Positions 9,334-20,200 of a DNA stretch of 64,000 nucleotides are shown here, one piece after another (the first letter of the stretch is position 1; every line of letters begins with the position of its first letter). Location: assembly GCA_020635715.1 (NCBI GenBank), contig JACJZG010000012.1:24680-88679 (forward strand), read 5' to 3'. The position numbers were made by a program, and so were the translations under genes. Source of the stretch: Flavobacteriales bacterium (lineage in GTDB: Bacteria; Bacteroidota; Bacteroidia; Flavobacteriales_F; PHOS-HE28). The notes under the pieces are model-generated. The model was not told where the DNA came from. It worked only from the letters and a program-made list of their open reading frames with translations, and ran no database searches.

Positions 9334-9566
9334 GCGGACCCTCTCGCCGCGTCCCGAAGAAGGCGCAGGAGGGCTACAACAGCTACCTGCGCTTCACCGG
9401 CCTTGGTTTCACGATGATCGGGATCATCCTCGCGTTCTGCTTCGCCGGCTACTGGCTCGATGGCGTGATCGGCTGGAAGTACCCGGTGCTCACCATCGTA
9501 TTGAGCCTGACCGGCATCGCGGGTTCGATGGTGTACCTGTTCAAGGAAACGTCCACCCGGAAGTAG
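9330..9566 (+). CDS. AtpZ/AtpI-family small membrane protein
   Basis: 78 aa with two TM helices and the motif YLRFTGLGFTMIGIILAFCFAGYWLD. Its position directly upstream of atpB is typical for this family. Confidence 0.65.
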   Translation: MSGPSRRVPKKAQEGYNSYLRFTGLGFTMIGIILAFCFAGYWLDGVIGWKYPVLTIVLSLTGIAGSMVYLFKETSTRK

Positions 9567-9754
9567 CTGAAGCGCATCTTGGAATTCCCTTCGGGCTGTG
9601 CTCCGCTGACCGGGCATCCCTCTTGAGGCACCGGAAAAGGCAGGCGCCAGTGCCTTGTTCTCAGACCCTTGTGAAGATCCTGGAAGAAGTGGATCCACCA
9701 TTGCGGGACGAGTCCTACCTTCGCGGCCGCAAACAGGGGTATCCCCCTCCCGTG

Positions 9755-10921
9755 ATGTCGATCCCGAACCTGCTGCGCGCCGCGTCCCTCCTGATCGGAA
9801 GCCTCCTTTTCGGCGCCGCGAACGCACAACACGAAGGGCATGGACAGGTCCCCCAGCACGATGTGGTGGACAGCACCGTGGCCGCCGTGGTGGCCGCGGA
9901 TACCGATGCGCCCAAACTGGCCCTGGAAGAGGCCGAGCACGGTGGCCGGTTCGATGCTGGCAAATTGATCATGGGTCACATCGGCGATGAGCATGGCTGG
10001 CACCTCTGGGGCCATACCACCCTGCCGTTGCCGATCATCGTGTACAACACGGAACGCGGTGTATCCGTCTTCAGCAGCAGCCATTTCGACCACGGTCACA
10101 AGACCTACGGAGGGTACATGCTGCATGAAGGCAGCATCGTGGCCACCAAGGCGGAGGACGGTACGGATGTGCACCACGCCACCATCGACGAGCCACTGAC
10201 CAAGGCCACCTGGGACATCAGCATCACGAAGAACGTGATGAGCCTCTTCATCAGCCTGGCCATCCTGCTCTTCGTCTTCATCGGTGTGGCCAAGGCCTAC
10301 ACGCGGCGTGCGGGTCAGGCACCCACCGGTTTCCAGAACCTGGTGGAACCGATCATCCTCTTCGTGCGTGACGATGTGGCCAAGAGCGCCATCGGGCCGA
10401 AGTACATGACCTTCATGCCGTACCTGCTGACGGCCTTCTTCTTCATCTTCCTGAACAACCTGCTGGGGCTGGTGCCCTTCTTCCCGGGCGGGGCCAACCT
10501 CACCGGCAACATCGCGGTGACCCTGGTGCTCGCACTGATCACCTTCATCATCGTTACGGTAAAGGGCAATAAGCACTACTGGCACCACATCCTGGCCATG
10601 CCGGGCGTACCCGGCTGGGTGCTCTTCATCCTCACCCCGGTGGAGATCCTGGGCATGTTCCTCAAGCCCTTCGTGTTGATGATCCGACTGTTCGCCAACA
10701 TCACGGCCGGTCACATCATCGCGCTCAGCTTCTTCAGCCTGATCTTCGTGTTCGGCGAGACCAACGCGGGCGCCGGCTACGGCGTGTCCGTGATGTCACT
10801 GGCCTTCACGGTCTTCATGACCATGCTCGAACTGCTGGTCGCCTTCATCCAAGCCTACGTGTTCACCTTCCTGTCCGCCATGTACATCGGAGCGGCGGTG
10901 GAGGAACCACACCACCATTAG
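9755..10921 (+). CDS. atpB: F0F1 ATP synthase subunit a
   Basis: Contains the C-terminal MIRLFANITAGHII motif with the essential Arg, and is polytopic. The start is taken at the signal-like MSIPNLLRAASLL; listed ORF start 9623 is an upstream extension. Confidence 0.9.
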   Translation: MSIPNLLRAASLLIGSLLFGAANAQHEGHGQVPQHDVVDSTVAAVVAADTDAPKLALEEAEHGGRFDAGKLIMGHIGDEHGWHLWGHTTLPLPIIVYNTERGVSVFSSSHFDHGHKTYGGYMLHEGSIVATKAEDGTDVHHATIDEPLTKATWDISITKNVMSLFISLAILLFVFIGVAKAYTRRAGQAPTGFQNLVEPIILFVRDDVAKSAIGPKYMTFMPYLLTAFFFIFLNNLLGLVPFFPGGANLTGNIAVTLVLALITFIIVTVKGNKHYWHHILAMPGVPGWVLFILTPVEILGMFLKPFVLMIRLFANITAGHIIALSFFSLIFVFGETNAGAGYGVSVMSLAFTVFMTMLELLVAFIQAYVFTFLSAMYIGAAVEEPHHH

Positions 10922-11191
<270 letters not shown>

Positions 11192-11245
11192 GCAAGGACG
11201 ACCCGTCCGCGCTTCTTCCACTTTCAACCTCAATAACGCAAGCCC

Positions 11246-11755
11246 ATGCTGCTCGCTAGTCTCGTAGAGCCCTCCTTCGGCCTCATCTTCTGGATGACGC
11301 TGTCCTTCCTGGTGGTGCTCTTCATCCTGGCCAAATTCGCCTGGAAGCCCATCCTCAACGGGCTGAAGGAGCGCGAGGCCTCCATCGCCGATGCCCTGAA
11401 CGAGGCCAGGAAGGCCCGTGAGGAGAACGCCGCGATGATGGCAAAGAACGAGGACCTGATGCGCCAGGCGCGTGAGGAACGCGAAGTGCTGCTGAAGGAG
11501 GCGCGCGACATCCGCGACCGCGAGATCGCCGGTGCGAAGGCCAAGGCCAAGGCCGAAGGCGACGCGCTGCTGGCACGTGCCCGCGAGGAGATCCGCAACG
11601 AGAAGAACGCCGCGATCACCGAGATGAAGAACCAGGTGGCCGAACTGAGCATCCTGGTGGCCGAACGCATCCTGAAGGAGAAGCTCGGTGATGCCGCCGC
11701 CCAGAAGGCACTGGTGGACAAGGTGATCAGTGAAGCCGACCTGCGCAAGTCATGA
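11246..11755 (+). CDS. atpF: F0F1 ATP synthase subunit b
   Basis: N-terminal TM followed by a long charged helix (KPILNGLKEREASIADALNEARKAREE...). Operon position supports the call. Confidence 0.85.
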   Translation: MLLASLVEPSFGLIFWMTLSFLVVLFILAKFAWKPILNGLKEREASIADALNEARKAREENAAMMAKNEDLMRQAREEREVLLKEARDIRDREIAGAKAKAKAEGDALLARAREEIRNEKNAAITEMKNQVAELSILVAERILKEKLGDAAAQKALVDKVISEADLRKS

Positions 11756-12312
11756 ACATCACCCCGGTCGCATACCGCTACGCTCGTTCGCTGATGGACC
11801 TCTCGTTGGAGAAGTCCGCGGTGGACGCCGTGCACGAGGATATGGGGCTGGTGGCCGCGACCTGTGCCGGCAGCCGCGAGCTGCAGGTGCTGCTGAGCAG
11901 CCCGGTGGTGAAGGCCGACAAGAAGGAGAAGGTGCTGGACCAGCTCTTCGCCGGAAGGATCGGCACGATCACCAACGCCTTCATCGGCATCATCGTGCGC
12001 AAGGGTCGCGAGGCCTTGCTGCCCCAGATCGCCGCTGCGTTCGGTGAACTCTACAACCAACACAAAGGCATCGTCATCGCCGAGGTGACCAGCGCCGTGC
12101 CGCTTACCGACGACGCCCGTAAGCGCGTGGTGGAGCTGGCCAACGCCAAGCACCCCGGCAAGTCCATCGAACTGGTGGAGAAGGTGGACCCGTCGATCAT
12201 CGGCGGTGTGACGATCCGCATCGGCGATGAGCAGTACGACGGCAGCGTGAGCCGTCGTCTGAGCGACATGCGCCGCGAATTCTCGAAGAACCCGTACATC
12301 CCCGAGATCTAG
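11752..12312 (+). CDS. atpH: F0F1 ATP synthase subunit delta
   Basis: 186 aa with OSCP-like sequence (VAYRYARSLMDL...IIGGVTIRIGDEQYDGSV). 4-nt overlap with atpF. Confidence 0.85.
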   Translation: MNITPVAYRYARSLMDLSLEKSAVDAVHEDMGLVAATCAGSRELQVLLSSPVVKADKKEKVLDQLFAGRIGTITNAFIGIIVRKGREALLPQIAAAFGELYNQHKGIVIAEVTSAVPLTDDARKRVVELANAKHPGKSIELVEKVDPSIIGGVTIRIGDEQYDGSVSRRLSDMRREFSKNPYIPEI

Positions 12313-12356
12313 GTCTCCTAAGAACCCTCCTCCGCCGAGGCAACGGCGGGTGAAAG

Positions 12357-13937
12357 ATGGCCCAAGTGCAACCCGCCGAAGTGTCGGCGATCCTGAAACA
12401 AGAACTCGCCGGCTTCCGCAGCGAGGCCGAGCTCGAGGAGGTCGGTACCGTGCTTCAAGTGGGTGATGGCATCGCCCGCATCTACGGTCTGAAGGGTGTG
12501 CAGAGCGGTGAGCTCATCGAGTTCAACAGCGGCCTCCGTGGCATCGTGCTGAACCTTGAAGAGGACAACGTTGGTGCGGTATTGCTCGGACCCAGCGTGG
12601 GCATCAAGGAGGGCGATACGGTGAAGCGCACCAAGCGCATCGCCAGCATCAAGACCGGCGAAGGCATCGTGGGCCGCGTGGTGAACACCCTTGGCGAACC
12701 GATCGATGGCAAGGGCCCGATCACCGGCGAGCTGTTCGAGATGCCGATCGAGCGCAAGGCGCCCGGTGTGATCTACCGCGAGCCGGTGAAGGAGCCCCTG
12801 CAGACGGGCATCAAGGCCGTGGACGCGATGATCCCCATCGGTCGTGGCCAGCGCGAACTGATCATCGGCGACCGCCAGACCGGCAAGAGCACGGTGGCGA
12901 TCGATACGATCATCAACCAGAAGGAATTCTTTGACGCCGGCAAGCCGGTGTTCTGCATCTACGTCGCTGTGGGCCAGAAGGGCTCCACCGTGGCCGGTAC
13001 GGTGAAGGTGCTCGAGGAGGCCGGTGCCATGGCCTACACCGTGGTGGTGGCCGCCAATGCCAGCGATCCCGCACCGATGCAGTTCTATGCGCCGTTCACG
13101 GGTGCCGCCATCGGCGAGTACTTCCGCGACACCGGCCGCCCTGCACTGATCGTTTACGATGACCTCTCCAAGCAGGCCGTGGCCTACCGCGAGGTGTCGC
13201 TGCTGCTGCGTCGTCCTCCCGGACGTGAGGCGTATCCGGGTGACGTGTTCTACCTGCACAGCCGTCTGCTGGAGCGCGCCGCCAAGGTGACCGCTGACCA
13301 GAGCGTGGCCGAGCAGATGAACGACCTGCCCGAGAGCCTGAAAGGAAAGGTGAAGGGTGGTGGCTCCCTGACCGCGCTGCCGATCATCGAGACCCAGGCC
13401 GGTGACGTGTCCGCCTACATCCCGACGAACGTGATCTCCATCACCGATGGTCAGATCTTCCTGGAGAGCAACCTCTTCCTGAGCGGTGTGCGTCCCGCCA
13501 TCAACGTGGGTATCAGCGTGAGCCGCGTAGGCGGTAACGCACAGATCAAGTCCATGAAGAAGGTGGCCGGTACGCTGAAGCTCGACCAGGCCGCCTACCG
13601 CGAGCTGGAGGCCTTCTCGAAGTTCGGCTCCGACCTCGACGCCGCCACCAAGGCCGTTCTGGACAAGGGTGCCCGTAACGTGGAGATCCTGAAGCAGGGA
13701 CAGAACAGCCCGGTGCGGGTGGAGGAGCAGATCGCCATCATCTACTGCGGTACCAAGGGCCTGCTGAGCAAGGTGCCGGTGAAGAACATCAAGCAGTTCG
13801 AGGCCGAGTTCATCACCATGCTGCGCAACAAGCACAACGATGTACTTGAAGCCCTGAAGCGCGGTGATTACAACGACCAGATCACCGGCACGCTCGAAAA
13901 GGTGGCCGCCGATCTCGTAAAGAGTCTGGATAACTAA
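12357..13937 (+). CDS. atpA: F0F1 ATP synthase subunit alpha
   Basis: Walker [10 protein letters not shown] is present, with unmistakable alpha-subunit sequence across all 526 aa. Confidence 0.97.
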   Translation: MAQVQPAEVSAILKQELAGFRSEAELEEVGTVLQVGDGIARIYGLKGVQSGELIEFNSGLRGIVLNLEEDNVGAVLLGPSVGIKEGDTVKRTKRIASIKTGEGIVGRVVNTLGEPIDGKGPITGELFEMPIERKAPGVIYREPVKEPLQTGIKAVDAMIPIGRGQRELIIGDRQTGKSTVAIDTIINQKEFFDAGKPVFCIYVAVGQKGSTVAGTVKVLEEAGAMAYTVVVAANASDPAPMQFYAPFTGAAIGEYFRDTGRPALIVYDDLSKQAVAYREVSLLLRRPPGREAYPGDVFYLHSRLLERAAKVTADQSVAEQMNDLPESLKGKVKGGGSLTALPIIETQAGDVSAYIPTNVISITDGQIFLESNLFLSGVRPAINVGISVSRVGGNAQIKSMKKVAGTLKLDQAAYRELEAFSKFGSDLDAATKAVLDKGARNVEILKQGQNSPVRVEEQIAIIYCGTKGLLSKVPVKNIKQFEAEFITMLRNKHNDVLEALKRGDYNDQITGTLEKVAADLVKSLDN

Positions 13938-13996
13938 GAACCTCACCCCCGGCCCCTCTCCGAGGGAAAGGGGAGCAACTCAGAAAGAACGCAGCG

Positions 13997-14884
13997 ATGC
14001 CAAGCCTGAAGGAGGTACGCAACCGGATCGTCTCGGTCAACAGCACCAAGCAGATCACCGCCGCCATGAAGATGGTGAGCGCGGCCAAGTTGCGTCGTGC
14101 CCAGGATGCGATCACCCGCATGCGTCCCTATGCGGAGAAGCTGCAGCAGATCCTGAGCAACGTGAGCGCCAGCCTCGACAGCAGTGAGGGCAGGTACAGC
14201 CAGCAGCGTGAGGTGAAGAAGGTGCTGCTCGTGGCGATCGTGAGCAACCGTGGCCTCGCCGGTGCCTTCAACACCCAGGTCTTCCGCCAGATCCGCCGGA
14301 CAGCCGCTCAACTGGAGAGCGAAGGAAAGACCGTGCACGTCCTGCCGCTCGGCAAGAAGGCGCTGGACACCTACCGCCGCACGAAGTACTTCAGTGCTGA
14401 GCTCCCCACCGACGGTGCCAGCCTGTACGATGGACTGAACTTCGACAAGGTGGCCCCGAAGGCGGAGCTGTTGATGGAGCTGTTCGCCAATGGCACCTAC
14501 GATCAGGTGGTGCTGATCTACAACAAGTTCAAGAACGCGGCCGTGCAAGTGCTCACCGAGGAGCCTTACCTGCCCGTCGCTCCACCCAAAGCCGATGCGA
14601 ACGCCAAGGCCGCCAGCTCCAAAGTGGACTACATCATGGAGCCGAGCCGGGAGGAGATCGTGGAGAACATCATCCCGAAGAGCCTGAAGATCCAGCTCTA
14701 CAAGGCGCTGCTGGACAGTAACGCCGCCGAGCACGGTGCGCGCATGACCGCCATGCACAAGGCCACGGACAACGCCGACGCGCTGCTCAAGGACCTGAAG
14801 CTGTCCTACAACAAGGCACGTCAAGCGGCGATCACCGGCGAGATCCTCGAGATCGTTGGCGGTGCCGAAGCCCTGAAGGGTTAG
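13997..14884 (+). CDS. atpG: F0F1 ATP synthase subunit gamma
   Basis: N-terminal MPSLKEVRNRIVSVNSTKQITAAMKMVSAAKLRRAQ and C-terminal ITGEILEIVGGAEAL. Confidence 0.95.
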   Translation: MPSLKEVRNRIVSVNSTKQITAAMKMVSAAKLRRAQDAITRMRPYAEKLQQILSNVSASLDSSEGRYSQQREVKKVLLVAIVSNRGLAGAFNTQVFRQIRRTAAQLESEGKTVHVLPLGKKALDTYRRTKYFSAELPTDGASLYDGLNFDKVAPKAELLMELFANGTYDQVVLIYNKFKNAAVQVLTEEPYLPVAPPKADANAKAASSKVDYIMEPSREEIVENIIPKSLKIQLYKALLDSNAAEHGARMTAMHKATDNADALLKDLKLSYNKARQAAITGEILEIVGGAEALKG

Positions 14885-14897
14885 ATCACCCCTGGGT

Positions 14898-14917
14898 CCG
14901 CAAGGGCGCGCTTGCGG
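14898..14917 (+). terminator. Hairpin after atpG (CCGCAAG-GGCGCG-CTTGCGG)
   Basis: 7-bp GC-rich stem 14 nt after the atpG stop, followed by CTCATCTTTG. The T-tract is weak. Confidence 0.4.
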
Positions 14918-14934
14918 CTCATCTTTGCCGTCCC

Positions 14935-16203
14935 ATGGCCTCCCCCGGAGAACACGCCTTCACGCGCTACCAGGTCTTCCTGATCGCGGTGCTTGCCTTC
15001 TTGCAGTTCACGGTGATCCTGGACTTCATGGTGATGGCGCCGCTGGGGGCCATGCTCATCCCGGAGCTGCGGATCACCCCGGAACAGTTCAGCCATGTGG
15101 TGCTGGCCTATGCGGCGGCGGCAGGCATGAGCGGATTGCTGGCTGCTGGGTTCGCGGACCGGTACGACCGTCGTTCGCTCCTGCTCTTCTTCTACATCGG
15201 CTTCCTCCTTGGCACGCTGTTCTGCGGCCTGGCCCCGACCTACGAGCTGCTTTTGGCTGCCCGGGTCTTCACCGGTGTCTTCGGCGGCGTGATCGGTTCG
15301 GTGTCGATGGCGATCATCACCGATGTGTTCCTGCCGCATGTGCGTGGCCGGGTGATGGGCTTCGTGCAGATGGCTTTCGCGGTGAGCCAGGTGGCCGGCA
15401 TTCCCATAGGACTCTTCCTCGCCCATCGCTTCCACTGGCACGCCCCCTTCCTGATGATCGTCGGGCTGGGCCTGGTGGCCGGCTTCGTGATCTTCCGTTT
15501 CATGCGACCGGTCAGGGAGCATCTGGCGCTCCAGGGCAAGGTCAGGCCGGTCGAGCACCTGGTGAAGACCTTCCTGAACCCGAGACATACCGTGCCCTTC
15601 CTCACCATGATGATCCTTGCCACCGGCGGCTTCATGATGATGCCTTTCTCGACCACCTTCCTCGTGAACAATGTGGGCGTGACCGAGGCTGAACTCCCCT
15701 GGGTGTTCGTGATCATCGGCCTGTGCTCCATGATCACCTTCCCGGTCGTCGGACGCCTGAGCGACCGGTTCGGCAAGTTCAAGACCTTCACGGTGGGCAC
15801 CGCGATCGCCATCACCACCACCATCATCTATAGTCATCTGGGACCGACCCCGCTGTGGAAGGTCATCGTGATCAATGCGATCAGCTTCGTGGGCATTGGT
15901 AGCAGGATCGTGTCGTCACAGGCGTTGATGACCAGCGTACCTACGATGCGCGACCGTGGCGCCTTCTCGGCCATCACCGCTTCCATCCAACAACTATCCG
16001 GGGCCATTGCGGCAGGGATCGCCGGACTGATCGTTATCCAGGCCAATGACCATGCGCCGCTCGAGCACTATGACACCCTCGGCTTCGTGTGCGCGGGAAC
16101 CATGCTGGCCTGCGTGGTGCTCATGTACTTCGTGGACCGCCAGGTGAAAGCGCAAGCCCTGATGGATGCCGATAGCGAGCGGCCTGTAACGGTGGCCGCC
16201 TGA
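14935..16203 (+). CDS. MFS transporter
   Basis: 422 aa with about 12 TM segments and an MFS loop motif (GFADRYDRRSLLL). Confidence 0.8.
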   Translation: MASPGEHAFTRYQVFLIAVLAFLQFTVILDFMVMAPLGAMLIPELRITPEQFSHVVLAYAAAAGMSGLLAAGFADRYDRRSLLLFFYIGFLLGTLFCGLAPTYELLLAARVFTGVFGGVIGSVSMAIITDVFLPHVRGRVMGFVQMAFAVSQVAGIPIGLFLAHRFHWHAPFLMIVGLGLVAGFVIFRFMRPVREHLALQGKVRPVEHLVKTFLNPRHTVPFLTMMILATGGFMMMPFSTTFLVNNVGVTEAELPWVFVIIGLCSMITFPVVGRLSDRFGKFKTFTVGTAIAITTTIIYSHLGPTPLWKVIVINAISFVGIGSRIVSSQALMTSVPTMRDRGAFSAITASIQQLSGAIAAGIAGLIVIQANDHAPLEHYDTLGFVCAGTMLACVVLMYFVDRQVKAQALMDADSERPVTVAA

Positions 16204-16240
16204 CGGGCTTGCGCATACGGGAACGCACTGTCCGAAACGA

Positions 16241-16274
16241 AAGGACCTGCGGCCCCTCCGAGCCACAGGTCCTT
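16241..16274. terminator. Bidirectional hairpin between convergent genes (AAGGACCTG...CAGGTCCTT)
   Basis: 9-bp perfect stem with a 16-nt loop, lying between the MFS stop (16203) and the PorP/SprF stop (16288). Confidence 0.5.
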
Positions 16275-16287
16275 CATGCGATCACTC

Positions 16288-17295
16288 TTAGAATGCACTG
16301 CTCGTGGACATGCGGCGTTGTCGCCCATTGTGGGTTCCGTAGTAGAGAATGGAGAATTCGAAAGCCCCGTTCTTTCGCGTGTAGTTCTGCAGCGATGACA
16401 TGTTGATGTCATAACTGAATCGGAATGCCGCGTTGTTGTGCTTCAGTCCGACTTGCGCGATGATCGCGTCCTTCACACGGTACGAGCAACCGACGACCGC
16501 GCTGTACGGTGTGCCCATGATGTTGACCTCGGCAAGCATCCCTGCGTTGATCATCTGATCCTTGCCCTGGAGCATGTACAACCCCATCGGGATGAGGTAC
16601 ATCCCCTCGTTGAACTCCACCCGCGCTCCTGCGTTCACGGAATAGCGGATGGGCAGATCGGTCTTGGCGGTACGCAAGATGGATTCATCCGGGGTGGTGA
16701 CGTGGAATAGCGCGAAGTTGCCGAATGGATTCACCCTCTTCCGCGCATCCGTACTCCTGTAAGCGACCCCTGCGGAGATGTCAGGCATGAAGCGTGCACC
16801 GCGCTGCAGGATCTCGCCTGAGGGTAGGTCGCTGTCGAAATACCCATTGTTATACTGATTATCCCAAAGCAACTGCTGGCTGTTCACCTTCTTGTAAAGG
16901 AGCCCGATGTGCGCGCCCACGGAAAGCGTGTGGCCTGCATTCTTGGTTGATACGTTGTATGCCCCGGACGTACCGAGTTGGAACGTGTTCACGATCCCCG
17001 CCTGGTTGAAATTCGTCATGTACAGGCCAGCTCCATAGCGGTTCTGAAGAGCGAGGTCATAGGCGAATCCCGTCGTAAGGAAACTGCTCTGCAGGCTGTT
17101 CCATTGACTGCGCACATTGCTGGTCATACGGAAATCCGCATTCTCGAACATGCCTGTGAGCGCCGGATTCAAGGTGTTCGGCGCGGTCTCGTATTGGGAC
17201 AGGTGCGCATCCTGAGCCAGGATCGTACTGCTCACGCAGCCCGTGATCAGCAGCGCGGAAAGAGCATTCAGGTTCTTCATGTTGCTCAGGTTCAC
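16288..17295 (-). CDS. PorP/SprF-family T9SS membrane protein (cognate partner of the upstream type B cargo)
   Basis: Signal peptide followed by QDAHLSQYETAPNTLNPALTGMF, the family-defining N-terminal motif. Beta-barrel-like composition and a C-terminal aromatic residue (SSAF). The first possible ATG at 17295 abuts the adhesin stop (17296-17298); an alternative ATG is at 17280. Confidence 0.8.
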   Translation of the reverse strand: MNLSNMKNLNALSALLITGCVSSTILAQDAHLSQYETAPNTLNPALTGMFENADFRMTSNVRSQWNSLQSSFLTTGFAYDLALQNRYGAGLYMTNFNQAGIVNTFQLGTSGAYNVSTKNAGHTLSVGAHIGLLYKKVNSQQLLWDNQYNNGYFDSDLPSGEILQRGARFMPDISAGVAYRSTDARKRVNPFGNFALFHVTTPDESILRTAKTDLPIRYSVNAGARVEFNEGMYLIPMGLYMLQGKDQMINAGMLAEVNIMGTPYSAVVGCSYRVKDAIIAQVGLKHNNAAFRFSYDINMSSLQNYTRKNGAFEFSILYYGTHNGRQRRMSTSSAF

Positions 17296-20200
17296 TTATC
17301 GGATGAGTGAGATCTTCCCGGAACGATCGTGCACCGTTCCGTCCTTCGTCGTGGCGACCACGGAGTACACGTACACTCCATTGATCTCCGGCTGTCCATC
17401 ATGGGTTCCGTCCCAGCCGAACGTGGGGTCCTCGGTCTCGAAGATCAATTCGCCCCAGCCGTTGAACACCCGTAGATGCATTGTTTCGAAAGGACCGCCC
17501 CGCACATAGAACACATCGTTCACACCATCGCCGTTCGGGCTGAAGGCATTGGGTAGTTTCGGTGGCAGAATGTCCTTCACCTCGACCTTGATCAGCAGGG
17601 AATCACGATCGGTGCAGCCGTTCGCGTTGGTCACGGTCTGAACGATGATGTACTGACCCGGGGTCTCATAGGCATGGACGGGTTCGGCAAGCAGGCTTCC
17701 GCCGCCATCCCCGAAGTCATAGTGCCAGTTCGTGGCGCCCACCGAGGTGTCCGTGAAAGCGATCTCCGTCTCGGTCAGCAGCTCGCCGCTGATGGTGAAG
17801 CCGGCGACCGGTGCATCGAGCACTTCGACCGTCCGGGTGATGCTGGCACTGCAGCCGTTCTGGGCGAACACGGTCAAGGTGACGGTGTACTCACCCGGCT
17901 CGGTGAAGCTCGTGCTCGCTTCAGGTCCATTGACCGGAACACCATTACCCAGGTCCCAGCTCCAACCGATGATGGCCGATCCCGAGGTGGTGCTGGCATC
18001 CATGAAGCTCGTTATGGAGCCTGCGCATGCATTGGTCACCCCGAAGGCGGGTTGCAGAGGGTTCACGAACGACAGCATCAGGGTATCGCTCACTGCGGCA
18101 CACACCCCGTTGCCGGTCGTGGTCAACACCATCCGCACGGTGCCCAGTTGTTCATCCGTGGCACCGGGCTGGTAGCTGGCATTCGCTGCCGTGTTGCTCG
18201 GCAGGAACACGCCTGCACCATTGGTGGACCACTGGATGCCACTGGCTCCCGTGAACGAACCGGATAGATCCACAGGCGCGCTCGCATCGCAGGTGCTCAG
18301 ATCCGAACCCGCATTCACCGTCGGAACAGCTTGCAGGGACACCCGCATGGTATCGGTATCCGCAGGACACCCCATGTTGCCCGTGGTGGTCAGGATGAAC
18401 CTCAGCTCGTTGAAGGCCATGTCTGTTGAGCTTGGCACATACGCGGCTCCCAGGGTCGTAGCATCGGGCAGGAAGGTCCCTGTACCGCTTGTGCTCCAAA
18501 CGCCGCCACTCACTCCAGTGATGCTACCTCCTAGTGCGATCGGATCCATGTCCGCACACACTGTCTGATCCGCCCCGGCGTTGGCGATCCGCGTCGGTCC
18601 GATGTCGATGAACACCGAGTCCGCCGCGTTGCCGCAGGTCCCCGTGCCGAAGGCGGTGAGCACGAGGTACACACCACCGGCGATGCTGTCGTTCGCGGTC
18701 GCGGTGTATACTGCGTTCAGTACATCAGCACTCGGTTGGAAGCTGCCCGAACCCATGGTGGTCCACTGCACGCTGCCTTGGTTCTGAGCCGTCCCGTTCA
18801 GTTGCACATCCTCCAGACCGTTGCACAGGAGCACGTCAGCTCCTGCGTTCACCGTCGGTGGCACATGGTAGCTCACCACAAGCGTATCCCGGCCTGCGGG
18901 GCAGCCCTGGTTGTTGGTGGTGCTCAGTACGAGGTTGATGTTCCCGATCGCGTAATCAGCCGCACCCGGGATGTAGGTCGCGTTGAGCGCGTTCGCGTTC
19001 GGCATGAAGGAGCCGGTTCCGCTGGTGGACCAGGTACCCGTGGTGGTGCCGGCCACCGCGCCGTTCAGGGCGATGTTCGGATCGGTGCTGCAGGCCACCA
19101 CGTCCGCTCCGGCCACGGCCGCAAGGCCACCACCGAAGCTGATCACGAGCTCATCGGATACCGCGCTGCATGGCGCCATACCGATGGTGGTCACTGTCAG
19201 GGTCACTGAGCCAGCAAGGCTATCGGCAGCGCTCGGCAAGTACAGTGTGGCAAGCGCGTTCGGGTCGAAGAAGGTTCCCGTACCCGACGTGGTCCAGGTG
19301 CCGCCTCCCGCGTTGGCCACATTGGCCGTGAGCTGAACAGGTGCGGCCGTGCAGGCGATGATGTCAGCACCCGCGTTGATGTTCGGCAGCGGGTTCACGG
19401 AGAGGAGCACGACATCGCTGGAGACGGCGCATGCTCCGCTCGTGATGGTTGTAAGGGTGAGCTGCACGCTGCCGGCCGTGATGTCGGCACCGCTCATCGT
19501 ATAGGTGGCGCCCGGGTCGGTGATGTTGCTGAAGGAGCCCGTGCCACTCGTGCTCCACGTGATGCCGCTGGATCCACCGCTGTAGTTGCCCGCCAGTTGC
19601 GCGATGGGTGCATTGGCGCACAGCACCTGATCAGCACCGGCATAGGCGTAGCTGCTGTTGCCGAAGGTGATCACCATGGCATCCTGCGTGCTCGGGCAGG
19701 TGCCAGTGTTGGTAGCGGTGAGCGTAAGCACCACGGAGCCGTTGGTCACGTCGGCGGCCGAGAAGAAGTACTGCGCATTGAGGGCGTCGGCACTCGGTTC
19801 GAAGGTGCCCGTGCCCGTGCTGGTCCATGTACCCGAGGGCGAGCCATTCTGGATGCTGCCCAGCAGGTTCGCGTGGTCGGAAAGCACGCACACGTTCTGG
19901 TCCGGACCCGCGTTCGTGATGATCCCATCCGTGAGGTAGATGGTCATCTGGTCGGTCACTGGGTTGCAATTCGCGTTGTCGAGCGAGCTCAGCGTGAAGG
20001 TGATCGAGCCGTTCGCGATATCCGCAGCGCTGGCCGTGTACGTGGTGTTCAGCGCGCCCGCATTGGCGATGGTACCCGTGCCGGTGGTGGTCCACTGGCC
20101 CACATTGGTGATGCCGCTGATCGCGCCGTTCAGGTTGAATTGCGTCACCGCGTTGCAGTAGGTCTGGTCCGGACCGGCATTCACGTAAGGTGCCGGTGTC

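Noticed and set aside
9623-9754. Upstream extension of atpB to the listed start at 9623
   Set aside because: The extension (MRHRKRQAPVPCSQTL...) is not protein-like and contains a hairpin (AAGGCA...TGCCTT at 9639-9658). The signal-like MSIPNLLRAASLL at 9755 is the natural start.
12318-13946. 542-codon minus-strand ORF antisense to atpA
   Set aside because: It is a shadow ORF opposite an unmistakable ATP synthase alpha gene and has no protein-like motifs.
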